DNA of 64,000 bases from a candidate division FCPU426 bacterium (GTDB taxonomy: Bacteria > Oederibacteriota > PGYV01 > Palsa-1178), in assembly GCA_963840035.1 (NCBI GenBank), contig CAWIXE010000002.1, positions 1,568,001 to 1,632,000 of the forward strand. Reading direction: 5' to 3'. The position numbers and the translations under genes are program-made. Positions 48,620 through 58,791 of the stretch are shown in pieces (the stretch's first letter is position 1; each line of letters opens with the position of its first letter). Below the pieces are notes generated by a model. It had not been told where the DNA came from and searched no databases. It saw only the letters and a list, made by a program, of their open reading frames with translations.

Positions 48620-49063
48620 TTATTTTGATTTTTGTATTATTGTAAACCAGAAATCTTCTATGGACTGAATGGTCACCACAAATCTGTCTAAGTCTATCGG
48701 CTTGGTAATGTAACAGTTGGCGTGGTTGGCGTACGCGCTTGTGATATCATCCTCGGAAGCAGAAGAAGTCAGCACTATGACAGGTATGGACTTAAGATCG
48801 TCATTATTTTTAATCTCTTTGAGCACTTCAAGCCCGCCTTTTTTCGGAAGCTTAAGGTCAAGCATGATAATATCGGGTTTGGATACTCCCGCAAAATCCC
48901 CTTTCTTCATAAGATAATTCAGCGCCTCTTCGCCGTCTTTGGCTATGTTAATATTATATTCTTTTTTGCCTTCCTTTAATGTCTCGACGATAAGACGCAC
49001 GTCTCCGGGATTATCTTCAACGAGCAGAATATTCAGCTTTCCCGACGGCCCTGTTTGAATCAT
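48620..49063 (-). CDS. Single-domain response regulator (Rcp1-like)
   Basis: LLVEDNPGD, MLDLKLPKKGG, ANCYITKP, IEDFWF. Confidence 0.92.
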   Translation of the reverse strand: MIQTGPSGKLNILLVEDNPGDVRLIVETLKEGKKEYNINIAKDGEEALNYLMKKGDFAGVSKPDIIMLDLKLPKKGGLEVLKEIKNNDDLKSIPVIVLTSSASEDDITSAYANHANCYITKPIDLDRFVVTIQSIEDFWFTIIQKSK

Positions 49064-49187
49064 TTTTTCCTCCTCATATCATGAAACATATTATATTACA
49101 GAAAATCTTTTTTTCAAGGTATTTCATTGCCCCGAAAAAAGCCTGAAGCCGCATGCAATCCTCGCCGCTATTAATGCGCGAGCGGGG

Positions 49188-49637
49188 TTATTCGCCCGGA
49201 AGTTTTACCACGCTCAGCCAGAAATTCTCGATTGACATGACTATCTTTATAAATTCATCAAGCCCCACCGGCTTTGTCACAAAGCAATTTGCGTTTAAGT
49301 CATAAGACTTCATAATATCGCTCTCCGAATCCGATGTGGAAAGGACCACAACAGGGATCCGTTTTAAGCTTTCTACGGAGCGTATTTCCTGAAGTACCTC
49401 AAACCCGCTTTTTTTCGGCAGGTTCAGGTCAAGCAGCACCACATCAGGACGCGGCGCGTCCGCGTACTTGCCCTCCCTTTTCAGGAAAGCCACGGCCTCA
49501 GCCCCGTCAACAGCCACGCTTAAGTTGTTTTGTATCTTAAAATCCTTAAATGTCTCCCTGATAAGGCGCACATCGGCGCTGTTATCCTCCACCAGCAGTA
49601 TCTCCACAGTTTTAACGCCGTCCTTTGATGCGATCAT
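49188..49637 (-). CDS. Single-domain response regulator (Rcp1-like)
   Basis: LLVEDNSAD, LLDLNLPKKSG, ANCFVTKP, IENFWL. Confidence 0.92.
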   Translation of the reverse strand: MIASKDGVKTVEILLVEDNSADVRLIRETFKDFKIQNNLSVAVDGAEAVAFLKREGKYADAPRPDVVLLDLNLPKKSGFEVLQEIRSVESLKRIPVVVLSTSDSESDIMKSYDLNANCFVTKPVGLDEFIKIVMSIENFWLSVVKLPGE

Positions 49638-49656
49638 ATCCGCCTCCCATACTTTT

Positions 49657-52600
49657 TTATGCCGGAATACTGAAGTAAAAAACAGAGCCCCTGCCCTCTT
49701 CAGACTCCACCCACATTTTACCGCCGTGTGTCTCTACAATTTTTTTGCATATGGCAAGGCCTATCCCGGTCCCCGGGTATTCGGCGCTGCCGTGAAGCCT
49801 CTGGAATATGACAAATATTTTTTCATGATACTGTTTATCTATCCCGATGCCATTATCCTTTACAGAAAACACCCACATGCCTTTTATTTTTTCCGCGCCT
49901 ATTTCCACCTTCGGGGGTTTACCTTCAGTCCTGAATTTAATGGAATTGGCAATGAGGTTCTGCAGAAGCTGCCCCATCTGAAGCTCGTCCGCCTGGATTA
50001 CCGGCAGTTTTCCGCATGATATCTCAGCGCCAGTCTCAGCTATAACCGGCTGCAGGTTGTTTTTTACAGCTTCCATTACTTTTCCCATGTCCACATCGGC
50101 GTTTTCTTTTTTCTTGGTACCCACCCGCGAAAATGCCAGCAGGTCCTTAATGAGCTTTTGCATCCTGTCAGCCCCGTCAACCGCGTAACCTATAAAATCA
50201 TCAGCATCTTTACCCAGCTTGCCTTCGTACCGCTTCTTTAAAAGCTGGACATAACTTGACACCATTCTTAATGGTTCCTGCAGGTCATGCGAGGCCACGT
50301 ACGCAAACTGCTCGAGCTCTTCATTAGACCTCTTCAGATCGCCTATAGTCAGCCGCAGTTTTTCCTCTGTTTCCTTCAGTTCCGTGATATCCGCTTCTGT
50401 CATAAAATCAGCCGGTCTGCCATCATAAATAATTGACTTCGCGTAAACGTCCACCCATATCACCCTGCCGGCCGGCAACAACATCCTGCACTGGTAATTT
50501 TTTTCGTTTCCTTCCGCCCCGGACTGCCGTTTTTTTGCCATTTCCATTACCATTTCCGCGTCGTCAGGGTGAATAAACCTGACGAACTCGCCGGGTTTCC
50601 ATGAAAGCACATCCTCCCTGTCGCATCCGTTAATCTTAAGGAATGCCGAGTTAAAATACTTAAAGACGCCGTCCTGTATGATGCCGATTCCCAGCAATGA
50701 CTGATCTGAAAGCGTCCTGAATTTTTCCTCTGATTCCTTCAGGGCGTTTTCCGACTTTTTCCTGTCGGTTATGTCCTTCATGACACCTATGAACTTATGG
50801 GCCTTTCCGCTTTCGTCCGGCAAAAACACGCCGGTATCCTCTATGTACGCGTATAAACCGTTTTTCAGCCTGAACCTGTACTCCGCAAAAAACGCGCCGC
50901 ATTCTTCCTGGGCTTTTTCCATGGTGTCAAATGTTTTTTTCCGGTCGTCAGGATGTATCATCTGCCCCCATATGTCAATACTTACTTCCCTGTTAAACTC
51001 GTCCTCAGTAAAGCCGGTTATCTTGTATACCGCGCCGCCCCAGGTTATAACGCCGGTATTGATCAAATGCTCGTATACTAAAAGCCCTGTCTGGCTGACA
51101 ACGCTTCTGTACCGTTCCTCGCTTTCCTTCAGCGCCTGCTCTGCCGCGTGCCTGGCAGTGACATCCCTTATAGTGGCAATAATGGATTTGGGCCTGCCTT
51201 TAGCGTCCTTAAGCATTGAAGAATTTATTTCCGCGGTGAACTTAGTTGAATTCCTTTTTCTCGCGGTATATTCCCTCGCCGCCGCGGTATCACCGGTGTC
51301 AAACCCCGCCAGGTTCCTGGCTATGGCTTCCCGTGACTCGGCGGCGACAAAATCATAGATGGACATGCCAATAAGCTTTGAGCCGTTTTCATACCCGTGT
51401 ATGCGCGCCATCCTGTCCGAGGCAAAAATAATTTCACCGTCCAGGCTCACCATAATTACCGCGTCCGGGGAAGTGCTGACAAGCGTCCTGTAAAGCTCTT
51501 CCGACTCTATGATTTCATTCCTTGATTTTATCCTCTCCGTAATATCCCTCATGACCGTAAGGACGATAGGCTTTCCCTTCATCATGAATTTATGCGAATT
51601 ATTTTCAACCGCTATTTTCACCCCGTCCTTCCTTAACAGTTCCTGTTCATAAGTTGCTTTCCCAGTTTCGGCAAGCGACCTTCCTATCCCGGGATAAGTT
51701 TCCAGGAACTCTTTTGTTGACAGGTCTCTCGGGGTCATGCGGGTAAGTTCATTCCTGCTATATCCCGTAATCCTGCACGCCATTTCATTCAGTTCAATAA
51801 ATCCCTGTATCCTTCCTTCGCCGTCCATTTCGTTTATAAAAACACCGTCATTCATATTGTTATAAAGTTCCCTGTATTTTTCCTCGCTTTCCTTCAGCTC
51901 CTGCTCCGCCTTAGCCCTGAAGGAAATATCCCTTGCCACTGAAAGGATGAAAGTCTTTTCCTCAAACCTGAAGATTCTGGTCCTTAATTCGGCCGTTATT
52001 TTTTTCCCTTTTTTAGTTGTCATCTCAAAAATATCCGAGGAGGCTTCGGCAGCGCCGGCTTTTGCCATCATGCCCCTGATGCGTTTCATGCCGCCTTCTC
52101 CAACGAACTCATCAAGCCTCGTTTTAAACATTTCCTTCCTGGATATCTCGAACATTTCACATGTTACGTCGTTGAAGTCAACTATTCTGGCAAACGGCGG
52201 GCCTTCAGCCGGTTTTTTTTCCATTTCCATCAGAACGACCGAATCATTTGAGTTGTTAAAAAGCTCCCTGTAGAGTTTTTCGCTCTCCTCTATCTTCTTC
52301 TCGGCCTTTATCCTCGCCGTTGTCTGTGAAATGATATTCGCAAGGTCCAGAATAATCGCCTTTTTGTCGTTGTCAAAACCTTTAAACCCGGCGTTTACCG
52401 CTTCGACATCCATTGAGAGCACGCCTTCTATCCTGCCGTCTATGAACACCGGCATGGCAATGACAGACCTTAACCCGAATTTTTTTATGAGATCCTCAAG
52501 GATACCGGACACAACACCCTGCACGGCTACGGGAATAAAATCCACCTTAATCTGCCCGCCAAACTCGTAGAAAGCCCCTTTTTTCATAAAATTAAGGAGC

Positions 52601-54063
52601 ATTGACGGCACGGTATACTCCCTGCTCGGCTTTACCCCGGTATTATTCCATTGGTTGCGGGACACAATATTCTGTCCGTCAGAAACACCATAGGACGCCC
52701 TGCTGACGCCAAACTGCGGCCCTATCCTTTCAAGCAGCCTTTGTATCATTACGGATTCATTTTTTCCGCTTTCAGCGGCTATTTTCCATATGTCTGCGCG
52801 GAGTACATCAAGCATGTTTTTCATGACTTCTTCGTCGGCAGCTGCTTTCCTGTATGAAATATCCCTGACAGTCCAGAGAATTGCCCGCTTTCCTTTATAC
52901 TCCATATGGCTGGCGTTTACCTCCGCGTAAACCTTTCTGCCGTCCTTTGTTATTAAAATATCCTCATAAACTCTGGATACTGCTTTTACGTTCTGCCTGA
53001 CCTTCTTATTCTTTGGTTTTTCTTTTATCAACTCCAGCCCTTTTTCAAGCAGTTCCTGCCTGGAGTAGCCGAGCATTTCGCACGCAGTTTTATTTACCTC
53101 AAGCAGCCGCATGGGCGAGCCCAGCACTGAAATTTCCATCAATAAAACCGCGTCATTTACCCCTTCAAAAAGCGCCCTATATCTGGCTTCACTTAACGCT
53201 ATTTCAGCCTCAGCCTGTCTGCGTTCTATGCTGTTTGATATTATCTGGGCCGCTTCCAAAACCAGCTGTTTTTCCACGTCAGCCCATTCTTTTTTATCAC
53301 CTGCGGGGGTACACATTATAATCCCCTGCCTTACTCCGTGGATAAAATACGGGGTCATGAGCGAGGGTTTGTCGCCATACCGCGCCGCGATGAGCTTTAG
53401 CACGGGAGCCAGCAGGAACCTGATCATTTTAGGCGCGTCCTGTATAACGGAGGACATAGTCACAACCTTCTGGCTTTCTATTTTATAATTATCAAAAATA
53501 TCCTTGGGGAAAGTAAATCCCTTGAATTTTCTTAATCCGTCAGCCTTCCACTCATGGGTGATCATGAATTTATCCGACGCCGCGGGAGCCCCGTAAGATA
53601 CGCGCTCCGCCGACATTGCGGGCCCTATTTTTTCCAAAAGTCCCTGAATGAGCTGCTCCTGGGTAATTGACGCGTCCGAGGCTATCTTCCATATTTCCGC
53701 CCTTGCAACCCCTATAACAGCCTGCTTGCGTTCCTTTTCATCCCTGCGCCTCATTTCAGAGATATCGCGGGAATTTGACAGAACCGTGGGCTTTCCGCCG
53801 TAATTTATGAGGACAGCGTTAACTTCAACGGGTATCCTCCGGCCGTCTTTTGTAATATGCACTGTTTCCAGCCTGACCCTGCCTTCCTTCATAATCGTTT
53901 TGACCGCGTTTACAGGGTTCTGCCTGGCTTCCGGCGCGTTAATGTCAACAAGTTTCAGTTTGAGGAACTCTTCCTCCGTATACCCGAACCTGTCGCAGGC
54001 AATTTTATTTACCGCAATAATCCGGCCGGGTTTTCCGCCCTGATCAGGCTGGTGCGCTATCAC
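49657..54063 (-). CDS. Multi-PAS/GAF sensor histidine kinase, 3' part (Cph1-type kinase core)
   Basis: Many PAS/PAC units, ELEQFAYVASHDLQEPLR, DNGIGI, FQRLH, GTGIGLAIC; frame stays open upstream to ~54183. Confidence 0.92.
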   Translation of the reverse strand: MIAHQPDQGGKPGRIIAVNKIACDRFGYTEEEFLKLKLVDINAPEARQNPVNAVKTIMKEGRVRLETVHITKDGRRIPVEVNAVLINYGGKPTVLSNSRDISEMRRRDEKERKQAVIGVARAEIWKIASDASITQEQLIQGLLEKIGPAMSAERVSYGAPAASDKFMITHEWKADGLRKFKGFTFPKDIFDNYKIESQKVVTMSSVIQDAPKMIRFLLAPVLKLIAARYGDKPSLMTPYFIHGVRQGIIMCTPAGDKKEWADVEKQLVLEAAQIISNSIERRQAEAEIALSEARYRALFEGVNDAVLLMEISVLGSPMRLLEVNKTACEMLGYSRQELLEKGLELIKEKPKNKKVRQNVKAVSRVYEDILITKDGRKVYAEVNASHMEYKGKRAILWTVRDISYRKAAADEEVMKNMLDVLRADIWKIAAESGKNESVMIQRLLERIGPQFGVSRASYGVSDGQNIVSRNQWNNTGVKPSREYTVPSMLLNFMKKGAFYEFGGQIKVDFIPVAVQGVVSGILEDLIKKFGLRSVIAMPVFIDGRIEGVLSMDVEAVNAGFKGFDNDKKAIILDLANIISQTTARIKAEKKIEESEKLYRELFNNSNDSVVLMEMEKKPAEGPPFARIVDFNDVTCEMFEISRKEMFKTRLDEFVGEGGMKRIRGMMAKAGAAEASSDIFEMTTKKGKKITAELRTRIFRFEEKTFILSVARDISFRAKAEQELKESEEKYRELYNNMNDGVFINEMDGEGRIQGFIELNEMACRITGYSRNELTRMTPRDLSTKEFLETYPGIGRSLAETGKATYEQELLRKDGVKIAVENNSHKFMMKGKPIVLTVMRDITERIKSRNEIIESEELYRTLVSTSPDAVIMVSLDGEIIFASDRMARIHGYENGSKLIGMSIYDFVAAESREAIARNLAGFDTGDTAAAREYTARKRNSTKFTAEINSSMLKDAKGRPKSIIATIRDVTARHAAEQALKESEERYRSVVSQTGLLVYEHLINTGVITWGGAVYKITGFTEDEFNREVSIDIWGQMIHPDDRKKTFDTMEKAQEECGAFFAEYRFRLKNGLYAYIEDTGVFLPDESGKAHKFIGVMKDITDRKKSENALKESEEKFRTLSDQSLLGIGIIQDGVFKYFNSAFLKINGCDREDVLSWKPGEFVRFIHPDDAEMVMEMAKKRQSGAEGNEKNYQCRMLLPAGRVIWVDVYAKSIIYDGRPADFMTEADITELKETEEKLRLTIGDLKRSNEELEQFAYVASHDLQEPLRMVSSYVQLLKKRYEGKLGKDADDFIGYAVDGADRMQKLIKDLLAFSRVGTKKKENADVDMGKVMEAVKNNLQPVIAETGAEISCGKLPVIQADELQMGQLLQNLIANSIKFRTEGKPPKVEIGAEKIKGMWVFSVKDNGIGIDKQYHEKIFVIFQRLHGSAEYPGTGIGLAICKKIVETHGGKMWVESEEGRGSVFYFSIPA

Positions 54064-54169
54064 CGCGTCAAGGGAACTTTCAAAGAGTGTCTTGTATTTG
54101 GACTCGCTTTCCTGTATCTCCTCTTCCCACCGCTTGTATTCAAAAGCCTGGGCTATTATATGCGCGGCT

Positions 54170-56074
54170 TCAAGTACGAGTCTTCTTTTCTTCCGTCCAC
54201 ATACCCCGCCTGCTTAAAACACAGGTTATCGCGGAGAACTTCCTGCCTCCCACAACCACATTTGTTGACAGCGCTTCCTTGTCCGGGCTTGCTGTTCTGC
54301 GGAGCAGTTCGGCAATAACGCCTGTCATAACACCCTTTTTGACTTTAGGCAAAAACGACATTATGTTATCCCTGTTAATTACTTCCTGTTCAAAAAACTC
54401 AAAAGCATTAAAGAGGTCCAGGGGCAGTTTAACGCCAATGGAGCTGCCTTTCACTCCGGCCGCCCTCCATTCAAACTCCGCGGTCATGCTTTTGTCTTTA
54501 ACGGAACTGTAAGCCACCCTTTCCGCGCCAAGGGCTATGCCAATCTTTTCTATAAGCCCGGAAATAAGCCCGTGTTCCGTGATGTTTTTATCCGCCGCCA
54601 TTTTCCATATCTGCGCGCGCAGCTCTTTGTACCTGCCCTGCTGTTTTACCAGCTCCAGCGCCCTGTGGCGTTCTATAGCGCCGGAAATAATATTGGCCAC
54701 TTCAAGGACAAGCTGTTTTTTTTCGTCCGGCCAGTTTCTTACCGAATCGCCTTCACAGACGCAACTGACCAGCCCTTCCTGCCTTCCGTTTATGACGCAC
54801 TGGGTCACAAGCGCGGAGTTCTCCCCGATAAGCCTTATCAATAAGCCCGCTATATTTTTAGCCATTTTCCTGTATTTTTCGGCAACCAGGGATAAAAACA
54901 GTTCCTTGTCCAGCACTGACTGACTCATGAACTTAATTCCCCTGAAAAACTCCTCGGGCACGCCGAAACCCAGGACCGACCCTTTTGCAGAACTGCCTTT
55001 CCACTCATACAACCCGGTAAATTTCCCGTCCTTTACCGCGCTGTATACCGTGCGCTGGCATTTGAACGAAGCGCCCAGGGCTTCCAGCAGCCCTTTTATA
55101 AGTTTTTCTTCGTTAAAACTTTTTTCAGCAGCCAGCTTCCAGATCTGGCCGCGCAGTTCCTTATATGACAGCTGTTCCCGCTGGAATTCCTCGGATTTTT
55201 TCCTTTCGCTGATGTCCCTTGCTGACACTATTATTGTATGCTTTCCCCTTAGCTCAAAAACGTTCGCAGTTATCTCAACAGGAAGCAGAGCCCCGTTTTT
55301 TGCCCTGTGAAATGTCTCAACTTTAACATTTTTGTTTTTTCCGACATCCCTTACCGACTTACGCACTATTTCCCTGTCCTGCGGGCTGTGGATGTCCTCG
55401 GGTGTCATCTGCATCAGTTCTTCCCTGGTATAGCCCAGCCTTTCGCACGCTACGCGGTTGACTGCGATGAATTTTCCGGGTTTCCCGGGCTTTATGACAG
55501 GAAATACAAAAACAGCGTCATTTGTAGAGTTGAACATGACGCGGTACTTTTCCTCGCTCTCGCGAAGCACCGTCTCCATGTAGTTCCTCTCAGTTACGTC
55601 CTCAAGAACAGATATTGTCCTTAAAAACCTGCCGTTTTCATCCCTGACCGCCGCGGAACTTACGACAACATCAATTATCTTTTTATCCTTTGTTATCATT
55701 TTATATTCCCCGCCGTACGCATAACCCTTCTTCTTAACAATACCGATCTTTGTCACCGCCTGGATATAAGACTCCGGCCTCATGATCTTCATCATGCTTT
55801 TGCCAAGCATTTCCGTCCTGTTGATGCCGAACAATTCAGCTGCGGCCTTATTGTATTCTATGATTTTACCGTGTTCATCCACTGAGGCAATCGCGCTTAA
55901 GGCAGCGTCAAAAGTGGCGGCATACTTTTCCTGGCTTTGTTTGAGGAGTTTCCGGAGCTCATCGACTTCCGCTGCGGCATTATTGTATGACGGATTGTTT
56001 TTAGGCTCAGGAATAGACGCAGGCTGCTTTTTGTTATTTATATTGGTAGTTTTATTAGTTTGATTAAATTTCAA
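54170..56074 (-). CDS. Multi-PAS/GAF protein; 5' part of the same kinase, separated by a frameshift near 54180
   Basis: Two PAS plus two GAF-like repeats paralogous to those downstream; ends mid-domain. Confidence 0.85.
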   Translation of the reverse strand: MKFNQTNKTTNINNKKQPASIPEPKNNPSYNNAAAEVDELRKLLKQSQEKYAATFDAALSAIASVDEHGKIIEYNKAAAELFGINRTEMLGKSMMKIMRPESYIQAVTKIGIVKKKGYAYGGEYKMITKDKKIIDVVVSSAAVRDENGRFLRTISVLEDVTERNYMETVLRESEEKYRVMFNSTNDAVFVFPVIKPGKPGKFIAVNRVACERLGYTREELMQMTPEDIHSPQDREIVRKSVRDVGKNKNVKVETFHRAKNGALLPVEITANVFELRGKHTIIVSARDISERKKSEEFQREQLSYKELRGQIWKLAAEKSFNEEKLIKGLLEALGASFKCQRTVYSAVKDGKFTGLYEWKGSSAKGSVLGFGVPEEFFRGIKFMSQSVLDKELFLSLVAEKYRKMAKNIAGLLIRLIGENSALVTQCVINGRQEGLVSCVCEGDSVRNWPDEKKQLVLEVANIISGAIERHRALELVKQQGRYKELRAQIWKMAADKNITEHGLISGLIEKIGIALGAERVAYSSVKDKSMTAEFEWRAAGVKGSSIGVKLPLDLFNAFEFFEQEVINRDNIMSFLPKVKKGVMTGVIAELLRRTASPDKEALSTNVVVGGRKFSAITCVLSRRGMWTEEKKTRT

Positions 56075-56175
56075 AATACACCCCTTAATTCCCTTGAAAT
56101 TATATCAAAATAAGTATATATCAGTAAAATTGTCATGTAAAGTGAATTTTGTTTTAATTACAATCAAAAATAGTA

Positions 56176-56218
56176 AAACCCGGGTTTGTCCCGCCAAGCG
56201 GCACAAAACACCCGGGTT
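56176..56218 (-). terminator. Probable terminator hairpin
   Basis: AACCCGGGT...ACCCGGGTT stem followed on the minus strand by a T-rich tract. Confidence 0.5.
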
Positions 56219-56237
56219 CTAAAACAAGCGTATTATA

Positions 56238-56831
56238 TTACTTCATCTTCTTTACCGGATACCTGATAATAGTCATGTATTTTTGCGGGTCGCCTTTACC
56301 AAACATACCCGGGCCTTTTAAATATATCTCTTCATGGGCCCCGTTAATCTTATAACCTTCCGCTTTTATAAAGCTCTTTAATTTATCCACCGTAGGCGTC
56401 TCGCCTTCGTAAGGCCCTTTGTAAAGTATTTCTGCCGTGTCTCCATACTCCCAATAACCGATCTTTACATCCACCGCGGTTTTTTTCTTCATTTCCGGAA
56501 GGACTGTGACGGATTCAGGTATTTTTATCCCGAATACGCCTTTCCAGGTGGTGCCTTCTTTTGGTATTTCAGCCGGCCAGCGTCCATGGGGCGGCTCCAT
56601 CAATTTTCCGCTGAACTTCAGGCCGAAATAAACCTGATAAAGCGACATGATGCAATCCCCTGATATTTTTTCTGGTGTCCCTGACGCTTCGGCAACAAGC
56701 ATCTTCTGTTTCGGAAGGTTAATGATATGCGGTTCTTCAGAAAGGCTGTAGGACGTGTCAGGCTTCATGCACCCCGACAGCATCACAACAAGTACCGCCG
56801 TAAAAATACACGCCAACTTTTTCATACCCAC
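56238..56831 (-). CDS. GyrI-like small-molecule-binding lipoprotein
   Basis: Lipobox LSGC; ILYKGPYEGE, HEEIYL.GP...TIIRYPV. Confidence 0.85.
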   Translation of the reverse strand: MGMKKLACIFTAVLVVMLSGCMKPDTSYSLSEEPHIINLPKQKMLVAEASGTPEKISGDCIMSLYQVYFGLKFSGKLMEPPHGRWPAEIPKEGTTWKGVFGIKIPESVTVLPEMKKKTAVDVKIGYWEYGDTAEILYKGPYEGETPTVDKLKSFIKAEGYKINGAHEEIYLKGPGMFGKGDPQKYMTIIRYPVKKMK

Positions 56832-56880
56832 CCCCCATCACGATTGAAAATATAAAATTCAAAATTGAAAATTATTTTTA

Positions 56881-57582
56881 TCACCAGCTTCCGGCAGCGC
56901 CCCCGCCAAAACCTGACGGCTGCGCCGGTGCCGTGTTCTTTTGTGTACTCTTCTTTTCCGCGGGCGCTTCTGAAATTGCCCGCGCTTTTCCCTTAACCCT
57001 GATTTGCAACATTAATAAAACCGCAGCAAATATAACCAGCGCACCGAACAGTATCCATAAGAACGGCCCGGAGAGCAGTGAGTTCTTTGTTTCCATCATT
57101 TTCGACATGGCCCTGGCGCCCTCATAAATACCCCGGGAATAATCGCCCTCCCTGAACTGCGGGATGATTTTTGACTTTACCACATTCTTCATGATATCGT
57201 CATAAACCCCTGATTTGGCCTGTCCCAGTTCAAGCGCTATCTGCCTGTCATTTATGGAAATTAAAAGCAGCATCCCCCTGCCCGCCTTTGAGCCTATGCC
57301 CCACTGGGAAAAAAGCCCGGAAGCAAATTCCTCAATGTCCACACCGGGGAAAAAATCATTTACAGAACTTATACATACAACCTGTATCTCCGCTTTCTGG
57401 TCATAGTCTATCTTACGCAACATTTCCGCAATGGATGTCCTGTCGGTATTTTTAAGTATTCCGGCGTAATCGTTTACATACTCGTCAACCTTCACCGGGA
57501 AAGCGCCTTCGGCGCATATGGCGACAACAGATAATACAAGGACAGCCGCAGTCATAAAGATTTTTTTCATATTATTCCTCAA
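56881..57582 (-). CDS. TPM-domain protein (YgcG-like)
   Basis: Signal peptide, YVNDYAGIL, LFSQWGIG, TM helix, GFGGGAAGSW tail. Confidence 0.88.
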   Translation of the reverse strand: MRNNMKKIFMTAAVLVLSVVAICAEGAFPVKVDEYVNDYAGILKNTDRTSIAEMLRKIDYDQKAEIQVVCISSVNDFFPGVDIEEFASGLFSQWGIGSKAGRGMLLLISINDRQIALELGQAKSGVYDDIMKNVVKSKIIPQFREGDYSRGIYEGARAMSKMMETKNSLLSGPFLWILFGALVIFAAVLLMLQIRVKGKARAISEAPAEKKSTQKNTAPAQPSGFGGGAAGSW

Positions 57583-58012
57583 AAGTAAGCGCTTCAGGAT
57601 TTTCTTTCAGTTCTATCTTCTCGTCAGGGTAGCTTTCAGCCAGCCTTTCAGCCACCATGTTTATGCCGCCGATTAACCCTATCGCATACTGTTTTTCCTT
57701 AAACTTAACCGTGACAGCCTCTAAAACGCGCGTCCAGAAAGGCTGCCCGACTTTATCATTAATGCCGTCGTCGCCGATAATCGCGAGTTTCCTGTCAAAA
57801 ATCGAGACATAAAAAAGAACGCCGTTTTGCATGGGATTTTCCCTCATGCCGAGTTTCATAAAAGCATTACGCGCGGCTGTTAAGGCATCGCGGCCGGCTT
57901 TACGCTCAAAACGCACCCGTATCTCGCCGGTGGTCTTGTAGTCAGCGTTTAACATGGCGCTTTCAATCTCTTTTTTATCATTTTCGCTTATGAAGTCCCT
58001 GATATCCGCCAT
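57572..58012 (-). CDS. TPM-domain protein
   Basis: TTGEIRV, NGVLFYV, AIIGDDGINDKV..FW. Confidence 0.88.
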   Translation of the reverse strand: MADIRDFISENDKKEIESAMLNADYKTTGEIRVRFERKAGRDALTAARNAFMKLGMRENPMQNGVLFYVSIFDRKLAIIGDDGINDKVGQPFWTRVLEAVTVKFKEKQYAIGLIGGINMVAERLAESYPDEKIELKENPEALTFEE

Positions 58013-58119
58013 AATTCTCCCCGTAATATATTTGTAAGATTATAGCATAAAACAGGATAATTCAGTTTAAAGTTTTAAGTACAGTGTACTTATAATATGT
58101 TTTGTTTGCATTTTTATGC

Positions 58120-58236
58120 TTGTCATTGCGAGGAGGCGTTTTTGTTACTTGCCGACGAAGCAATCTCGCTGTTCCAGAAGGAGAAAACGAGATTGCTTCG
58201 TCGCCATAAACCAACTGCGGCTCCTCGCAATGACAA
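58120..58236. repeat. Nested palindromic element (GTCATTGCGAG type)
   Basis: Perfect 16-bp outer IR TTGTCATTGCGAGGAG/CTCCTCGCAATGACAA; inner IR CGAAGCAATCTCG/CGAGATTGCTTCG. Confidence 0.9.
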
Positions 58237-58321
58237 ACTGTAAACACATCTTCTTAAAAGCACAAGTACCGGAATTGTCCGCTTTCCGCCACACACTACC
58301 CACCACCCACTACACACCATC

Positions 58322-58783
58322 TTAAAAACCGGATTTTTTACCTGTCATTGAGCTCAATTTTATTCTTATTATCTTTATTGCCTCAACCTTGGACTCGCGG
58401 AACTTATTAAAGAGCTTTCCGGTTGCCTGCTTCATTATAGCCTTCAGGGCCTTTATTTTTTCAGCCCGGTTATCAACTATAGAGGCCTTTCCAAAAGCCA
58501 CAACACTCTTATACCGGAACCCGTATTCGCACGGCTCCTGCGCCTCCACAAGAGAACCCTCCGTGTCTATTTCAACGGCCACAAGCGGATTCTTTCTTAT
58601 AATTTCCAGTTTTCTGCCTTCAGCCGCGCAGTGGATGTAAACAAACCCAGCCTTATAGCCGTAATTAAAGGCAAGCACATATGGCTGATTTCCATCCGCA
58701 AAACCTATCCTGCATACTTTCGCGGCCTTTATGATGTTTTCGATCTCTTTTTTGCTTTTGATTTCCTTGTCGCTTCTTCTCAT
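58322..58783 (-). CDS. Pyridoxamine 5'-phosphate oxidase-family (NimA-like) flavin-binding protein
   Basis: MRRSDKEI, PYVLAFNYGY, HCAAEGRKL...NPLV, YKSVVAFG. Confidence 0.88.
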   Translation of the reverse strand: MRRSDKEIKSKKEIENIIKAAKVCRIGFADGNQPYVLAFNYGYKAGFVYIHCAAEGRKLEIIRKNPLVAVEIDTEGSLVEAQEPCEYGFRYKSVVAFGKASIVDNRAEKIKALKAIMKQATGKLFNKFRESKVEAIKIIRIKLSSMTGKKSGF

Positions 58784-58791
58784 ATATTCCC

